A DNA stretch of 64,000 nucleotides from contig JBAPRL010000082.1 in the NCBI GenBank assembly GCA_049281095.1, positions 1,298 to 65,297 of the forward strand, written 5' to 3'. The notes under the pieces were generated by a model that was not told the origin of the DNA, did not search any database, and was given only the letters and a program-made list of their open reading frames with translations. The stretch's first letter is position 1. Each line of letters begins with the position of its first letter. Of the stretch, positions 16,819-26,699 are shown piece by piece. This stretch comes from Candidatus Acidiferrales bacterium. Its GTDB lineage: Bacteria > Acidobacteriota > Terriglobia > Acidiferrales > UBA7541. The position numbers and the translations under genes are program-made.

Positions 16819-19725
16819 ATGAAAACGAAAACCCAGTCCGGTATGGCACTCGCAACCACACTCATCGTTATGTTTCTCGTCGTTGCGCTGGTTATTGGCT
16901 TCTCGTGGATGGTCTTGATGGACCAGCGGCTCGGAGGCGTCAATGGCGCTGAACAATACGCCTTCTACGGTGCCGAGGCCGGCCTAGAGAAACTCACCGG
17001 GGATCTCGCGACTCTTTTCGGCACCAATTCGGCGCCTTCCGGAGCCCTAGTTAATGCCATTGCAGTAGCGGCAAATACGCCCGTCATCCAAGGCATCCAG
17101 TACCTCAATCCGAGTGGGAGCTTGGGATACCAGATCACCTTTCCAGAAGACGCGTCGGGTAATCCACTGGCCACAAACCACGTCATCCAGTCCGGAACCT
17201 ACCAGGGCATGACCGGCCTTCTCACGCCCTACACCCTGACGGTCACCGCTCGGAATCCCGTCACCAACTCGGAAGTCAGGCTCACACGCAACGTGCAGAC
17301 CGTTGCTATTCCCGTTTTCCAGTTCGGCATGTTTTCCCAGACGGACTTGAGCTTTTTCCCCGGCCCCGATTTCGACTTTGGTGGTAGCGTCATGACCAAC
17401 GGCAACCTGTTCCTCGCTGGTGGCGCCGACCTGGTGTTCAATGCCAAGGTCTCGTCTGCCAAAGACATCATCCTTCAAACTCTGTCGAACGGCTGGTCAA
17501 CAAGCACCGGATACGGTGGAACGGTTTACATTCCTACGACGGCCGGTGGATGCCCCCAAGGAACCTGGCCGGCCGGTTCGACCGCAGGCTGTCGCGCCCT
17601 AACCGTGACCGAAGGTAGCCTTGTGGGAGGTGTGGGTTCCGCTCAAAACGAGCCCACGTTCCAGAATCTCTCTTTGGGCACCTACAACGGTTACGTTCGG
17701 AGCTCCGAAACAGGCGTCAATCCTCTCAATCTTTCGATCACCTTGAACGCAGGTGCTAACCCCATTGACCTCATTCGTCGCGGTTTGCCATCTGACAGTG
17801 CGAGCGTCCTGTCCCAACGCTACTATTCTCAGGCCAGCGTTCGCATCCTCCTGTCGGACAACCCGACGGACATTACCAGCCTCCCGTGCGTCTCAGCCAC
17901 TGCCCCGACGAATTTAGCGACGCTCACCACCGCCAATCTCGGCGGCGTTCCTATCGCAGCGTCTTACTCATCGGGCACCTACTCGCCCGCGGAAGCTCCT
18001 ACCGTAGGATCCAACAACCCGACATATGGAAATGGCTATTGGCCGAAGACGACCAACACTGCTTTGCTCAGCGGATATATCAAGATTGAAATCCAAACTG
18101 CCTACGCCGTGCCGCCGGCTGCATGCGGAACCTACCAAGACGTCACCGCGCAGGTTCTTGCCCTTGGCATCGCAGGGAAGAACATCAATCCGAGCAATGG
18201 TTATACGACGTACGGATACACTTATCTGCCGCCGCTTCCCACGACCCAGCTCCCTTATCAGGGCACGGGCTCGACCTGCAGTGACGCCAGCCCGAACGCC
18301 TTAATTCGCTTGGAGCGGGTACGCGATAATCCCTCTACCGGTGGCTCCAGCGTCACCAAGGAGTGCGGCTTCAGTTCTACGAACGTCCCCAGTACCACCG
18401 CCACCGACTACTGGCCAAACGCGCTCTTCGACACTCGTGAGGGTAATCTCCGCGACCTCACGCCCACGGGCTCGGTCACATACACCGTTGGCTCGGGCGG
18501 GAGCGCACGCTCGCTCACTTTTAACTACTCCAGTATGCCCACCCCTGGTGGCGTAATGGATTACACCGAACTTGACATCACGAATCTGGCCAACTATTTG
18601 ACGACCAATGCAACGGGGAAATTGGCCAAAGACCCCGTGAATAGCACCAACGACTTCGTCATCTACTTCTCCGACCGTCGCGGTAACTACACGCCAGCGG
18701 CAGTCGCCGGATGGCCGCCAGCTTCTCCTTCCACCCACGAAACAGGCGAATACGGCTTCGAGGATTCCATCAATCCGTCGAGCGGGTGGGGATGCCCAGA
18801 TGGTGTTCTTGACACGGGCGAGACCTTCGACATGGTCGAAAATCCGGGCAACCAAGTAGTGGGAGGTACCCCGGAAGACTACGGCGAGCAAAGTCCTATG
18901 TGGGCAAACGCGGGAAACCCTACTCCAGCTCCCGTCAACGCGTATTTCCCGACGCTACTCAGCACCCTGCTGAGCGCGACCCAGCCCGCCATTATTAAGA
19001 ATCCCAACTGCACAGGCCCGAATATGCCTTGGCCGGGTGCCTACATTGTGCAGCCGCAGGAAGCGCGTGAGAATGCTCCTATTTTCTTCCGCCGCGCGCT
19101 GAAGCTCGTCAACGCCACGAACATCAATCTCGGTACTTGTCCCGACGCCGTGCCTTGCGGCCTGACAATCGCTTCCGAAAACCCTGTCTACGTGCAGGGC
19201 GATTTCAACGTCGCTCCGAACGCAAATGGTGTCTGGAGCACGACTAACATCGGCGCATCTGTCGTGGCGGACGCAGTCACTTTGCTGTCTGACAATTGGA
19301 ACGACGTCAACTCATTCTCCTCTCCGTACAGCACCGCCTCGCTGCGAAACGCCACGACAACCACGTATAGGTTTGCCGTCGTGGCAGGCAAGGGCATCTC
19401 CTTCCCTCAACCCGGGGCTTGCGGAACCGGGGCGTGCTACGACGACTTCGGTACCGATGGCGGCGTTCACAATTTCTTACGTTATCTCGAAAGTTGGAGC
19501 GGCCAAACCCTCTACTACAAGGGTTCGGTCGTCAGTTTTTACTATAGTCGTCAGGCAATAGGCGTTTACAAGGACGGCTTGACCAACACCGTCTACGTGC
19601 CTCCGTCCCGCGGCTATAGCTTCGACTCAGACTTCCTGACTCCGAGCCTTCTGCCGCCGCGTACTCCTATGTTCCGTGACGTCAACACCATCGGCTTTAC
19701 GCAAACGACGCTTCCAACGCCCTAG
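16819..19725 (+). CDS. giant PilX_N/GspK-like pilus-associated protein (968 aa), possible pilus tip protein
   Basis: The N-terminus (QSGMALATTLIVMFLVVALVIGFSWMVL) has the GxAL-type, non-methylatable head typical of PilX_N/GspK. The rest is Thr/Ser/Gly/Asn/Pro-rich with scattered Cys pairs. ATG 16819 follows GAGG. The ORF-track start at 16714 overlaps the upstream gene. Confidence 0.7.
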   Translation: MKTKTQSGMALATTLIVMFLVVALVIGFSWMVLMDQRLGGVNGAEQYAFYGAEAGLEKLTGDLATLFGTNSAPSGALVNAIAVAANTPVIQGIQYLNPSGSLGYQITFPEDASGNPLATNHVIQSGTYQGMTGLLTPYTLTVTARNPVTNSEVRLTRNVQTVAIPVFQFGMFSQTDLSFFPGPDFDFGGSVMTNGNLFLAGGADLVFNAKVSSAKDIILQTLSNGWSTSTGYGGTVYIPTTAGGCPQGTWPAGSTAGCRALTVTEGSLVGGVGSAQNEPTFQNLSLGTYNGYVRSSETGVNPLNLSITLNAGANPIDLIRRGLPSDSASVLSQRYYSQASVRILLSDNPTDITSLPCVSATAPTNLATLTTANLGGVPIAASYSSGTYSPAEAPTVGSNNPTYGNGYWPKTTNTALLSGYIKIEIQTAYAVPPAACGTYQDVTAQVLALGIAGKNINPSNGYTTYGYTYLPPLPTTQLPYQGTGSTCSDASPNALIRLERVRDNPSTGGSSVTKECGFSSTNVPSTTATDYWPNALFDTREGNLRDLTPTGSVTYTVGSGGSARSLTFNYSSMPTPGGVMDYTELDITNLANYLTTNATGKLAKDPVNSTNDFVIYFSDRRGNYTPAAVAGWPPASPSTHETGEYGFEDSINPSSGWGCPDGVLDTGETFDMVENPGNQVVGGTPEDYGEQSPMWANAGNPTPAPVNAYFPTLLSTLLSATQPAIIKNPNCTGPNMPWPGAYIVQPQEARENAPIFFRRALKLVNATNINLGTCPDAVPCGLTIASENPVYVQGDFNVAPNANGVWSTTNIGASVVADAVTLLSDNWNDVNSFSSPYSTASLRNATTTTYRFAVVAGKGISFPQPGACGTGACYDDFGTDGGVHNFLRYLESWSGQTLYYKGSVVSFYYSRQAIGVYKDGLTNTVYVPPSRGYSFDSDFLTPSLLPPRTPMFRDVNTIGFTQTTLPTP

Positions 19726-19752
19726 GCCCAGCACCAATCAATCCCGCAGCAC

Positions 19753-19789
19753 GAGCGTCCCGGCCCCAGCCGGGACGCTCTTTTTTTTT
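19753..19789 (+). terminator. strong rho-independent terminator ending the pseudopilin operon
   Basis: A perfect 12-bp stem (gagcgtcccggc / gccgggacgctc) with loop ccca, followed by T9. Confidence 0.75.
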
Positions 19790-19825
19790 CACGCATCGGA
19801 ACATCACGATGACCTGGGCATCTCC

Positions 19826-20674
19826 CTACTTCGCCGCCGCATAGCGAGTAACCGTAAACTCGCTTTCGCGAACCTCCGCCAATCCCTTCCGCGCGCGAAT
19901 CTCGCCCAGCGCTTGAGCCTCCTCAATTCGCGCGCTGTCGCTTTCATATGTGCCCACGCGCACTTCATGCATCAGGTGGTATTCGATCAATTTGTTGCGC
20001 AGGCAGCGCACGCGCACGCCATTGCGCCGCAGCCGCAGATCAATGTCCGTGTCTTCCCCGCCGCGTCCCAGGAATTCTTCATTGAATCCGTTCACCGCGG
20101 CGAAATCCTGCTTCATGACCGAAAAGTTGCAGCCAAGAATTCCGTTGTTTTTTGATTCATAGAAAACCGGCAGCTCAAATCCATGCTCGATCACCCGCGC
20201 GCGCCCTCTCAGCCATTCCATCACCAAAGTCCCGCCCCCGAAATCGAGCCCGCGTTCGTAAATAGCCTCCGCCGGCGGCAGAATTTCCTTTCGTATATGC
20301 ACCCGCCGGCCCGTCAGCGCCACGCCTGGCTCCAGAAACATCAGATGATTGCGGACGAAATTCCGCTGCGGCAGGCAATCGATGTCCACAAAAATCAGGC
20401 GTTCCGTGCCCGCAACAGACACAGCTCGATTCTGGATGCGCGTCTTGCGGAACTCGCGGCGTTCGTGCCGCACGTGCACGATTTCGCGCGTGAATGTCGC
20501 CGCCCATTTGCGCAGGATGGGCTCGTAATTCTCGCTCGAGCCGTCATCGGCAAGTATCAACTCGAAATCTTGAAAGCTCTGCCGGGCAAACGCCGCCAGG
20601 CTCCATTCGAGAATGTTTGCGTCGTTGTACGTCGCGAGGATAATCGAAGCGGGTGCGAGCTCTTTCACGCGCAT
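19826..20674 (-). CDS. family 2 glycosyltransferase
   Basis: Motifs: SIILATYNDANILEWSLAAFARQS, ELILADDGS, FVDIDC (DxD-like). Confidence 0.85.
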   Translation of the reverse strand: MRVKELAPASIILATYNDANILEWSLAAFARQSFQDFELILADDGSSENYEPILRKWAATFTREIVHVRHERREFRKTRIQNRAVSVAGTERLIFVDIDCLPQRNFVRNHLMFLEPGVALTGRRVHIRKEILPPAEAIYERGLDFGGGTLVMEWLRGRARVIEHGFELPVFYESKNNGILGCNFSVMKQDFAAVNGFNEEFLGRGGEDTDIDLRLRRNGVRVRCLRNKLIEYHLMHEVRVGTYESDSARIEEAQALGEIRARKGLAEVRESEFTVTRYAAAK

Positions 20675-20693
20675 TCTTTTGCGTCGGCCCCGC

Positions 20694-21302
20694 TCACTTC
20701 GCGCGCACCAGCGCCCGGTACGGGATGAATCGCGGCACGCGCCGGCAGTACTCGATGTACGGAGCGCCTAAGCGCGCCCTCAGCTCGCGCTCTTCAAATC
20801 CAATCACCATCAGCACCAGCACAAGCCACACGCCGCAAATTCCCCACATCAGCGGCGTCGCGGCCAGCAAGCACGCTCCCAGTACCGACGCGATCATTCC
20901 CACGTATCGCGGATTGCGCACATACGAATAAATCCCCGTATCCACCACCTCGCCGCCGCCGGAAAGCTCGACCTTCCCAATCAGCCGCGAAGTTCCCAAG
21001 TCCTGCCTCGCGCGTTCGAACAGCCACACATCCGCCGCGATCAGCAGCAATCCAAACCCAATTTGCAGATCGCCAGGGTGCCTTTGCGCAAAAAGGGCGC
21101 GCCGGAACACGATCAGGCAAATCGTCACCAGGCCCCAGGACGCTACCAGCGCCGTGATGTATGCCGCGCGAAGCCGCCCTCTCCAGTAGCCAATCTGCGG
21201 ATGCACCACCAGCCAGAAAACCGGATTGGGCAGTTGCAGAAAGAAAACAATGGCCGCTGCCCATCGGAAAATGTTCACGAGCGCCCCGCGCGCCACGGTC
21301 AC
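20694..21302 (-). CDS. isoprenylcysteine carboxyl methyltransferase (ICMT/PEMT-like) family membrane protein
   Basis: Multi-TM protein with the C-terminal motif GIYSYVRNPRYVGMI...EERELRARLGAPYIEYCRRVPRFIP. Confidence 0.8.
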   Translation of the reverse strand: MTVARGALVNIFRWAAAIVFFLQLPNPVFWLVVHPQIGYWRGRLRAAYITALVASWGLVTICLIVFRRALFAQRHPGDLQIGFGLLLIAADVWLFERARQDLGTSRLIGKVELSGGGEVVDTGIYSYVRNPRYVGMIASVLGACLLAATPLMWGICGVWLVLVLMVIGFEERELRARLGAPYIEYCRRVPRFIPYRALVRAK

Positions 21303-21446
21303 GGATGCGCCCGCGCGCCTCGCAAATTCTAATCAAACCACCAGCCCGCCGCAATCGCGCTCGCCATCCTTCGAACAAACGCCCATTGACGCCGCGCCCG
21401 TTTCGTTGGAGGATTCTCATTCTCGTTTGCGCCGACTGGAGCCAAT

Positions 21447-21803
21447 ATGCCCGAAAAAACTTCATGGAACAAACTCGAATCCGAAAAGTTGAATGATAAA
21501 ATCTCGCGCCAGATGATCTTCGGCGAAAGCGCCATGCTCGCGCGCATCCTTCTTTCCCGCGGCGCCATTGTGCCCCGCCATTCCCACGTCAACGAGCAGA
21601 TCACCTGGATTCTTTCCGGCGCTCTGAAGCTGATCTTTGACGACGGGGAAAAAGTCCTGCGCGAGGGCGAATTTTTGCTGATTCCCGCCAATATGCCCCA
21701 CTCCGCCGAGGCTCTCGAAGACACTGTGGATATCGATGTCTTCGCTCCGCCCCGCCAGGACTGGATTAAGAAAACCGATACTTACCTGCGCCGCTCAATT
21801 TAG
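21447..21803 (+). CDS. cupin domain protein
   Basis: Cupin motifs PRHSHVNEQITWILSG and LLIPANMPHSAEA. Confidence 0.75.
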   Translation: MPEKTSWNKLESEKLNDKISRQMIFGESAMLARILLSRGAIVPRHSHVNEQITWILSGALKLIFDDGEKVLREGEFLLIPANMPHSAEALEDTVDIDVFAPPRQDWIKKTDTYLRRSI

Positions 21804-21839
21804 ATTTCGCGCCGCACAAAACAACGGGAGAGTCAAACC

Positions 21840-22631
21840 ATGGATCTGGGTCTGAAGGGACGTGTCGCCATCGTTGCCGCGGCCAGCAAGGGCTTGGGCC
21901 GCGCCGTGGCCGAAGAGCTCGCGCGCGACGGCGCGGAAGTCGCCATCTGCGCCCGCTCGGCCGCCAATCTCAAGAACGCCGCCGAAACCATCCGCAAGGC
22001 CACCGGCCGCGAAGTCTTTTCTCAAGAACTCGATGTCACCCGCGCCGAAGCCGTCCATGATTTCGTCGCCGCCGTCGCGAAGCGCTTTGGCCACGTGGAC
22101 ATTTGCGTCACCAACGCCGGCGGCCCGCCCTCGAAGAAATTCCTGGATATTTCCCTGGAAGACTGGCGCAACGCCTTCGAGCTGACCCTCATGAGCGCCG
22201 TTTATTTTGCCCGCGAAGTTCTTCCGCTCATGCGCCAGCGCCACTGGGGCCGCCTGATCGCCATCACTTCGGTTTCCGTAAAGCAGCCCATCGACAATTT
22301 GCTGCTCTCCAATTCCCTCCGCGCCGGCGTCACCGGCCTGATGCGCACCCTCGCCAATGAATTCGGCCCCGACGGCATCACCGTCAATTGCGTCTGCCCC
22401 GGCTACACGCTTACCGAGCGCCTCGACGAACTCGCTGAAATCCAGGCCAAGAACGCCGGCCTCAGCCGCGAAAAAATCTTCGAGCGCCTCAGCGCGCAAG
22501 TCCCGCTCGGCCGCGTCGGCAAACCGGAGGAGCTTGCCGCCATGGTCGCGTTTCTTGCCTCCGAACGCGCCAGCTACATCACTGGCTGCTCCATCGCCGT
22601 CGATGGCGGCTATATCAAGAGTCTTCTGTAG
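21840..22631 (+). CDS. SDR family oxidoreductase
   Basis: Motifs: GRVAIVAAASKGLGRA (Rossmann), NAGG, and a catalytic S...Y-type region; 263 aa. Confidence 0.9.
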   Translation: MDLGLKGRVAIVAAASKGLGRAVAEELARDGAEVAICARSAANLKNAAETIRKATGREVFSQELDVTRAEAVHDFVAAVAKRFGHVDICVTNAGGPPSKKFLDISLEDWRNAFELTLMSAVYFAREVLPLMRQRHWGRLIAITSVSVKQPIDNLLLSNSLRAGVTGLMRTLANEFGPDGITVNCVCPGYTLTERLDELAEIQAKNAGLSREKIFERLSAQVPLGRVGKPEELAAMVAFLASERASYITGCSIAVDGGYIKSLL

Positions 22632-22685
22632 AAGTTTACAAAAGAGCGCTCCGCGCCTTCGCCGCCGCACTAAGGCTCACCCGCG

Positions 22686-23258
22686 TCACTTCCCGGCGCG
22701 CCGCTTCGGTATCCGCTTCTTGCGAGGTCGCTGCGTAACGCCAGGCTCGTATTCACTCTGCACCAAGCCGCCCTTATAGCAGCGCGTTGCAACGTGACGA
22801 AGGCTAACGTCGTGTTGAACAGGACCAAACAGCGGGATTCCCTCTCCGATCAGGACTGGCACGCGTGTCACCACCAATCGGTCGATACAGCCGGCTGCGA
22901 GAAATTTCTGAATCGTAATGCCGCCGTCTACGTAAGCATGTTTGAAGCCCCGAGCCTTCAGCTGCTTTACGATTTCCCCCGGTTCGCCCGACATCTGTTC
23001 AACAACGCCGCCTTTGACGGCGGAAAAATCAAGCGGACGGCTGCTCAGCACCACCACTGCCTTTTTGCCGTAAGGCCATTTTCCGAAGGTCAGCACCACT
23101 TCGAATGTCCTCCGGCCGATCACCACCACATCCACGCTGCCATAGAATTCGTCGAAGCCGTGCGGCTCCTGCCCGCCAGCATCCAAGAAATCGAGCGCGT
23201 GGTTCGCCCGGGCTAGAAAGCCGTCCACGCTGACTCCGCAGAAGACTGACAGCTTCAT
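22686..23258 (-). CDS. dihydrofolate reductase family protein (RibD C-terminal domain-like)
   Basis: Motifs: MKLSVFCGVSVDGFLA, VVIGRRTFEVV, YVDGGITIQKFLAAGCIDRLVVTRVPVLIGEG. The start is trimmed to MKLSV. Confidence 0.75.
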   Translation of the reverse strand: MKLSVFCGVSVDGFLARANHALDFLDAGGQEPHGFDEFYGSVDVVVIGRRTFEVVLTFGKWPYGKKAVVVLSSRPLDFSAVKGGVVEQMSGEPGEIVKQLKARGFKHAYVDGGITIQKFLAAGCIDRLVVTRVPVLIGEGIPLFGPVQHDVSLRHVATRCYKGGLVQSEYEPGVTQRPRKKRIPKRRAGK

Positions 23259-23295
23259 GGCGTCTACCTCCGATTTGAATCTTTTGAGGTACAAT

Positions 23296-24606
23296 CTACC
23301 CCGCCAGCAAAATCCTCAGGTCCCGCAGATTATTTCCCGTCGACCCGGTCACAATCGCGTCGCCCAACCGCTCGAAAAACGTAAACGCATCGCTTCGCCG
23401 ATAAAATTCTGCCGGCTCCATTTTCGCCTCGCGCGCTCTCTCGAGGGTCCCGCCGTCCGCCACCGCTCCCGCCGCCGGACTGTTGCCGTCGATCCCGTCC
23501 GTCCCCGCGCTCAGCACCGTAACTTCGCGGCCCGCAATCCGCTCCACGCACGCCAGCACAAATGCCGAATTTCTTCCGCCAATTCCCTTCCCCGTCACCG
23601 GGCTGCTCACTTCGCCATCTGAAATCAGCGCTACGGGTTGCCCGCGAATCGACCGCGCCAGCGCGTCCACCTGGCTCAACAGATGCTCCGCCGCTTTTTT
23701 CACCGGCCAGCCATCCGTTTCGTTGTCGCACACCGTGAAAAACCCTGCCGCTTCCGTGGCCACATGCGCGTGATGAAACAGGTCTCGCCGGCCCAGCAGC
23801 AGTTCAAACTTTGCCCGCGCAAACGCCCTGTCTCCCTGCTTCGGCGTCTCTTTCAATTCGTGCCGTTCGAATTTCTCGCGCAGCTTCGCCGGCAGCTTTT
23901 CGAGCAAGCCGTATTGCCGCGCAATTCGCTCCGCGTCCGCCACCGTCGTCGGGTCCGGCAGCGTCGGCCCTGACGCCAGCGCGGTCTCCTGCCCTTCCGG
24001 AACGTCCGTCACGCCCAGCGTGATTTTCACCGCCTCCGGCGCCGCAGCGGCCAATCGTCCGCCCTTCGTCGCGGAAAGATGTTTGCGAATCGCGTTGATT
24101 TCCTGTATCGGCGCGCCGCAGGTCACCAGCGCTTGGTGCAGTTTCGCAAAATCCTCAACCGACACATTTTCATCGAGTGGCAACTCAACCAGCGAGGACC
24201 CGCCGCCCGACAGCAGAAAAAATATCAGCGTGTCGCTCCCGCATTTCCGCACCAACTCTAAAATCGACCGCCCCGCGCGAAAACTCTCCGCGTTCGGCAC
24301 GGGATGCCCCGCGACAATTGCTTCCCAGCCATGCAATGCACGGGCCGGTTTCGTCGGCCCCGCCATGATGCCGCGCAGCTTAAATTCCGGCGCCAGAGCG
24401 GTCGTAAGGCCTTCCGCAAGCGCGACCGCTGCCTTGCCGATGGAGATGGCCACGATTTCGCGGTACTCGCGCAGATTGACGCGCGCGTCCGCCGCGCAAA
24501 TCGTGCCGTCGTCCAGCCGCAGTTTTTGCGCAAGCGTCGAGGGAATATCAATGCCCGCCAGCGTGTCTCGAAAAATCTGCCGCGCCGTGGCTTTTCTGTC
24601 TACCAT
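23296..24606 (-). CDS. glycerate 2-kinase / hydroxypyruvate reductase-like protein (DUF4147 plus MOFRL)
   Basis: Motifs: AISIGKAAVALAEG, FFLLSGGGSSL, C-terminal LISDGEVSSPVTGKGIGGRNSAF and AGTDGIDGNSPAAGA. Confidence 0.85.
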   Translation of the reverse strand: MVDRKATARQIFRDTLAGIDIPSTLAQKLRLDDGTICAADARVNLREYREIVAISIGKAAVALAEGLTTALAPEFKLRGIMAGPTKPARALHGWEAIVAGHPVPNAESFRAGRSILELVRKCGSDTLIFFLLSGGGSSLVELPLDENVSVEDFAKLHQALVTCGAPIQEINAIRKHLSATKGGRLAAAAPEAVKITLGVTDVPEGQETALASGPTLPDPTTVADAERIARQYGLLEKLPAKLREKFERHELKETPKQGDRAFARAKFELLLGRRDLFHHAHVATEAAGFFTVCDNETDGWPVKKAAEHLLSQVDALARSIRGQPVALISDGEVSSPVTGKGIGGRNSAFVLACVERIAGREVTVLSAGTDGIDGNSPAAGAVADGGTLERAREAKMEPAEFYRRSDAFTFFERLGDAIVTGSTGNNLRDLRILLAG

Positions 24607-24670
24607 TCAAATCCACGCACGAGTTGCGTCGCAACAATGCGCTGCTTTGCAAGAGAGCGCCGCGCGCAGT

Positions 24671-25012
24671 CTACTCCTTCGCCTTCCACAGCCCGACTGT
24701 GTTCCCTGCCGGATCCTGCATCCATGCAAAAGTTCCAGTCGGGATATCCACCGGCGGCACCAGCGTCTTTCCGCCAAGCAGTTGCGCCTGATCCAGATAT
24801 TTCTGCACGTTCTCGACCTTCACGTAGAAGATCGTATAATGATGCGGCTCGTGCCCCAACGCCGTGATGTGGCCCGTAGCTCCCTCCCCGGTGTCGATCA
24901 TCGCCGCAGGGCCGGCTTGCGTAATTTTCCAGCCAAAGAGCTTCGCGTAAAAATCCTGCGTTTTTCCGCTGTCCTTGCAGCCAATTTCAAAATGCACGAT
25001 CGGATGCCCCAC
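24671..25012 (-). CDS. VOC (glyoxalase/bleomycin resistance) family protein
   Basis: Motifs: IVHFEIGCKD, FYAKLFGWK, FAWMQDPAGNTVGLW. Confidence 0.85.
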   Translation of the reverse strand: MGHPIVHFEIGCKDSGKTQDFYAKLFGWKITQAGPAAMIDTGEGATGHITALGHEPHHYTIFYVKVENVQKYLDQAQLLGGKTLVPPVDIPTGTFAWMQDPAGNTVGLWKAKE

Positions 25013-25030
25013 GGTTTCCTCCTTGCAATT

Positions 25031-26014
25031 TTATTTGGCAGCGAGCGCTTCCGGATTCAGCACGTTCGGCGGCCGCCGCCCTTCAAACAACGCGAGTACG
25101 TTTTCCACCGCCATCACCGCCATTTTCGTACGCGTCTCTACCGACGCGCTGGCGATGTGCGGCGTCAAAATCACATCCTTGCGGCCCACAAGCGCAGGCA
25201 GAACGTTCGGCTCGTTCTCGAAGACGTCCAGCGCCGCGCCGCGAATCTTCTTTGCCCCCAGCGCCGCCGCCAGCGCCGCCTCATCCACCACCGGCCCGCG
25301 CGCCGTATTGATCAGATACGCTCCCGCTTTCATCTTCCCCAGCGTTTCCGCGTTGATCAAATGCCGCGTCGTCGGCAGCAGCGGCACGTGCAAGCTCACG
25401 AAGTCCGATTCCGCCAGCAGCCGGTCGAGTTCCACGTGTTGCGCCCGCAGCTCGCGCTCAATTTCCGCATCCGCGCGCATCGCATCGCTGTACAAAATTC
25501 GCATGTCGAAGCCCCTCGCGCGCTTCGCCACCGCGCGGCCGATGCGTCCAAAGCCGATAATGCCCAGCGTCTTCCCGAAAACATCGCCGCCGCACAACTG
25601 ATCCAAATTCCATCCCGGCCAGACCCCCGAACGCATCCACATGTCGCCTTCCACGATTCGCCGCGCCAGCGCCATCAGCAGCGCGAACGCAAAATCGGCC
25701 GTCGTATCGTCCAGCACCCCCGGCGTGTTCGTGGCCGCGACTTTCCTCCTCGTGCACGCGGCCACGTCGATGCTGTCGTAGCCCACCGACACCGTCGCCG
25801 CGATTCGCAATTTCGGCGCGCGCTCCAGCAACTCCTCGTTCACTTTTTCCGTGAGCAGGCAAATCAGCGCGTCCTTGTCGGCCACTCGCCGCAGCAGCTC
25901 CTCGCGCGGCGGCCGCTCTTCCTTCGTCCAATATTCTACGTCACACTTTTCTTCCAGCAGCTTCCGCGCGGGAGAGAACATTCCGTGCGTCGCCAGCACT
26001 TTTGGTTTCATCAT
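25031..26014 (-). CDS. D-isomer 2-hydroxyacid dehydrogenase (glyoxylate/hydroxypyruvate reductase-like)
   Basis: NAD motif GIIGFGRIGRAVAKRA, then NTARGPVVDEAAL and TPHIASAS. Confidence 0.85.
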   Translation of the reverse strand: MMKPKVLATHGMFSPARKLLEEKCDVEYWTKEERPPREELLRRVADKDALICLLTEKVNEELLERAPKLRIAATVSVGYDSIDVAACTRRKVAATNTPGVLDDTTADFAFALLMALARRIVEGDMWMRSGVWPGWNLDQLCGGDVFGKTLGIIGFGRIGRAVAKRARGFDMRILYSDAMRADAEIERELRAQHVELDRLLAESDFVSLHVPLLPTTRHLINAETLGKMKAGAYLINTARGPVVDEAALAAALGAKKIRGAALDVFENEPNVLPALVGRKDVILTPHIASASVETRTKMAVMAVENVLALFEGRRPPNVLNPEALAAK

Positions 26015-26224
26015 CTATCCTCGGCAAAATTCCCGCGACCGTGAGTAGCACACCGCCTCGCCGCGTGTCAACGCGCCCCGGCCATGGCGCTGGGTCTGTT
26101 TGAATTTTCTTGATCGTGACACAAAGAGTCAAAATTCAAACTGACCCATTACCCGTCCATCCACAAATGTCGCACATCGAACTTTCATTGCGCCGCCGAG
26201 CATTCCAGTCTATATTTCCCCGCA

Positions 26225-26518
26225 ATGCACGACCCTCTGGTTCAATATCTGGTCGGCGTCGGCATCTTGAGCGTCGGACTCGTGATTCTCCTTTCCTCCG
26301 CGGAAATCGCGCACAGCTTGGGGCGCTTTTGGGAGCGCTGGACCGGCAGGCGTCCGCACGCCGCCGCCGGAGACAACCGTGATCCCGCTCCGCCGTTTTA
26401 CCGCGCTCGCCTCGTCATCTGGCGCGCTCTTGGCCTTTTGATCGTCGCCGACGGACTGATTTGGCTCGGCCTCGCCACCGCCGAGGTTTTTCACCTCCTC
26501 CCCCGCTCCTCCCGCTAA
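26225..26518 (+). CDS. hypothetical small membrane protein
   Basis: Two clear hydrophobic helices (LVGVGILSVGLVILL, ALGLLIVADGLIWLGLA). There is no obvious SD and no homology support. Confidence 0.4.
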   Translation: MHDPLVQYLVGVGILSVGLVILLSSAEIAHSLGRFWERWTGRRPHAAAGDNRDPAPPFYRARLVIWRALGLLIVADGLIWLGLATAEVFHLLPRSSR

Positions 26519-26699
26519 TGCCGACAACGCGAGCGCACAAGAAACGGAGTCATGAACAAGAAGCCAAGTGGGGTTGCAGATGAAGCAGATCCCCGCCGTG
26601 GTGGCGTTGATGGATCAGAGTAGTTCTTAGCGCTCTAGGGGCAACCGTCTGGTTGTTGTGCGGCGCATTGCCACGGCGGCAACTTTGGGCAGCAATTCG

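Noticed and set aside
21795-22670. 291-aa minus-strand ORF
   Set aside because: It is antisense to the SDR gene at 21840-22631 and is a Gly/Ala/Asp-rich artefact.
24020-26044. 674-aa plus-strand ORF
   Set aside because: It is antisense to three well-supported minus-strand genes (glycerate kinase, VOC protein, hydroxyacid dehydrogenase). Its extreme Arg/Ser/Pro/Ala content is typical of a high-GC antisense frame.
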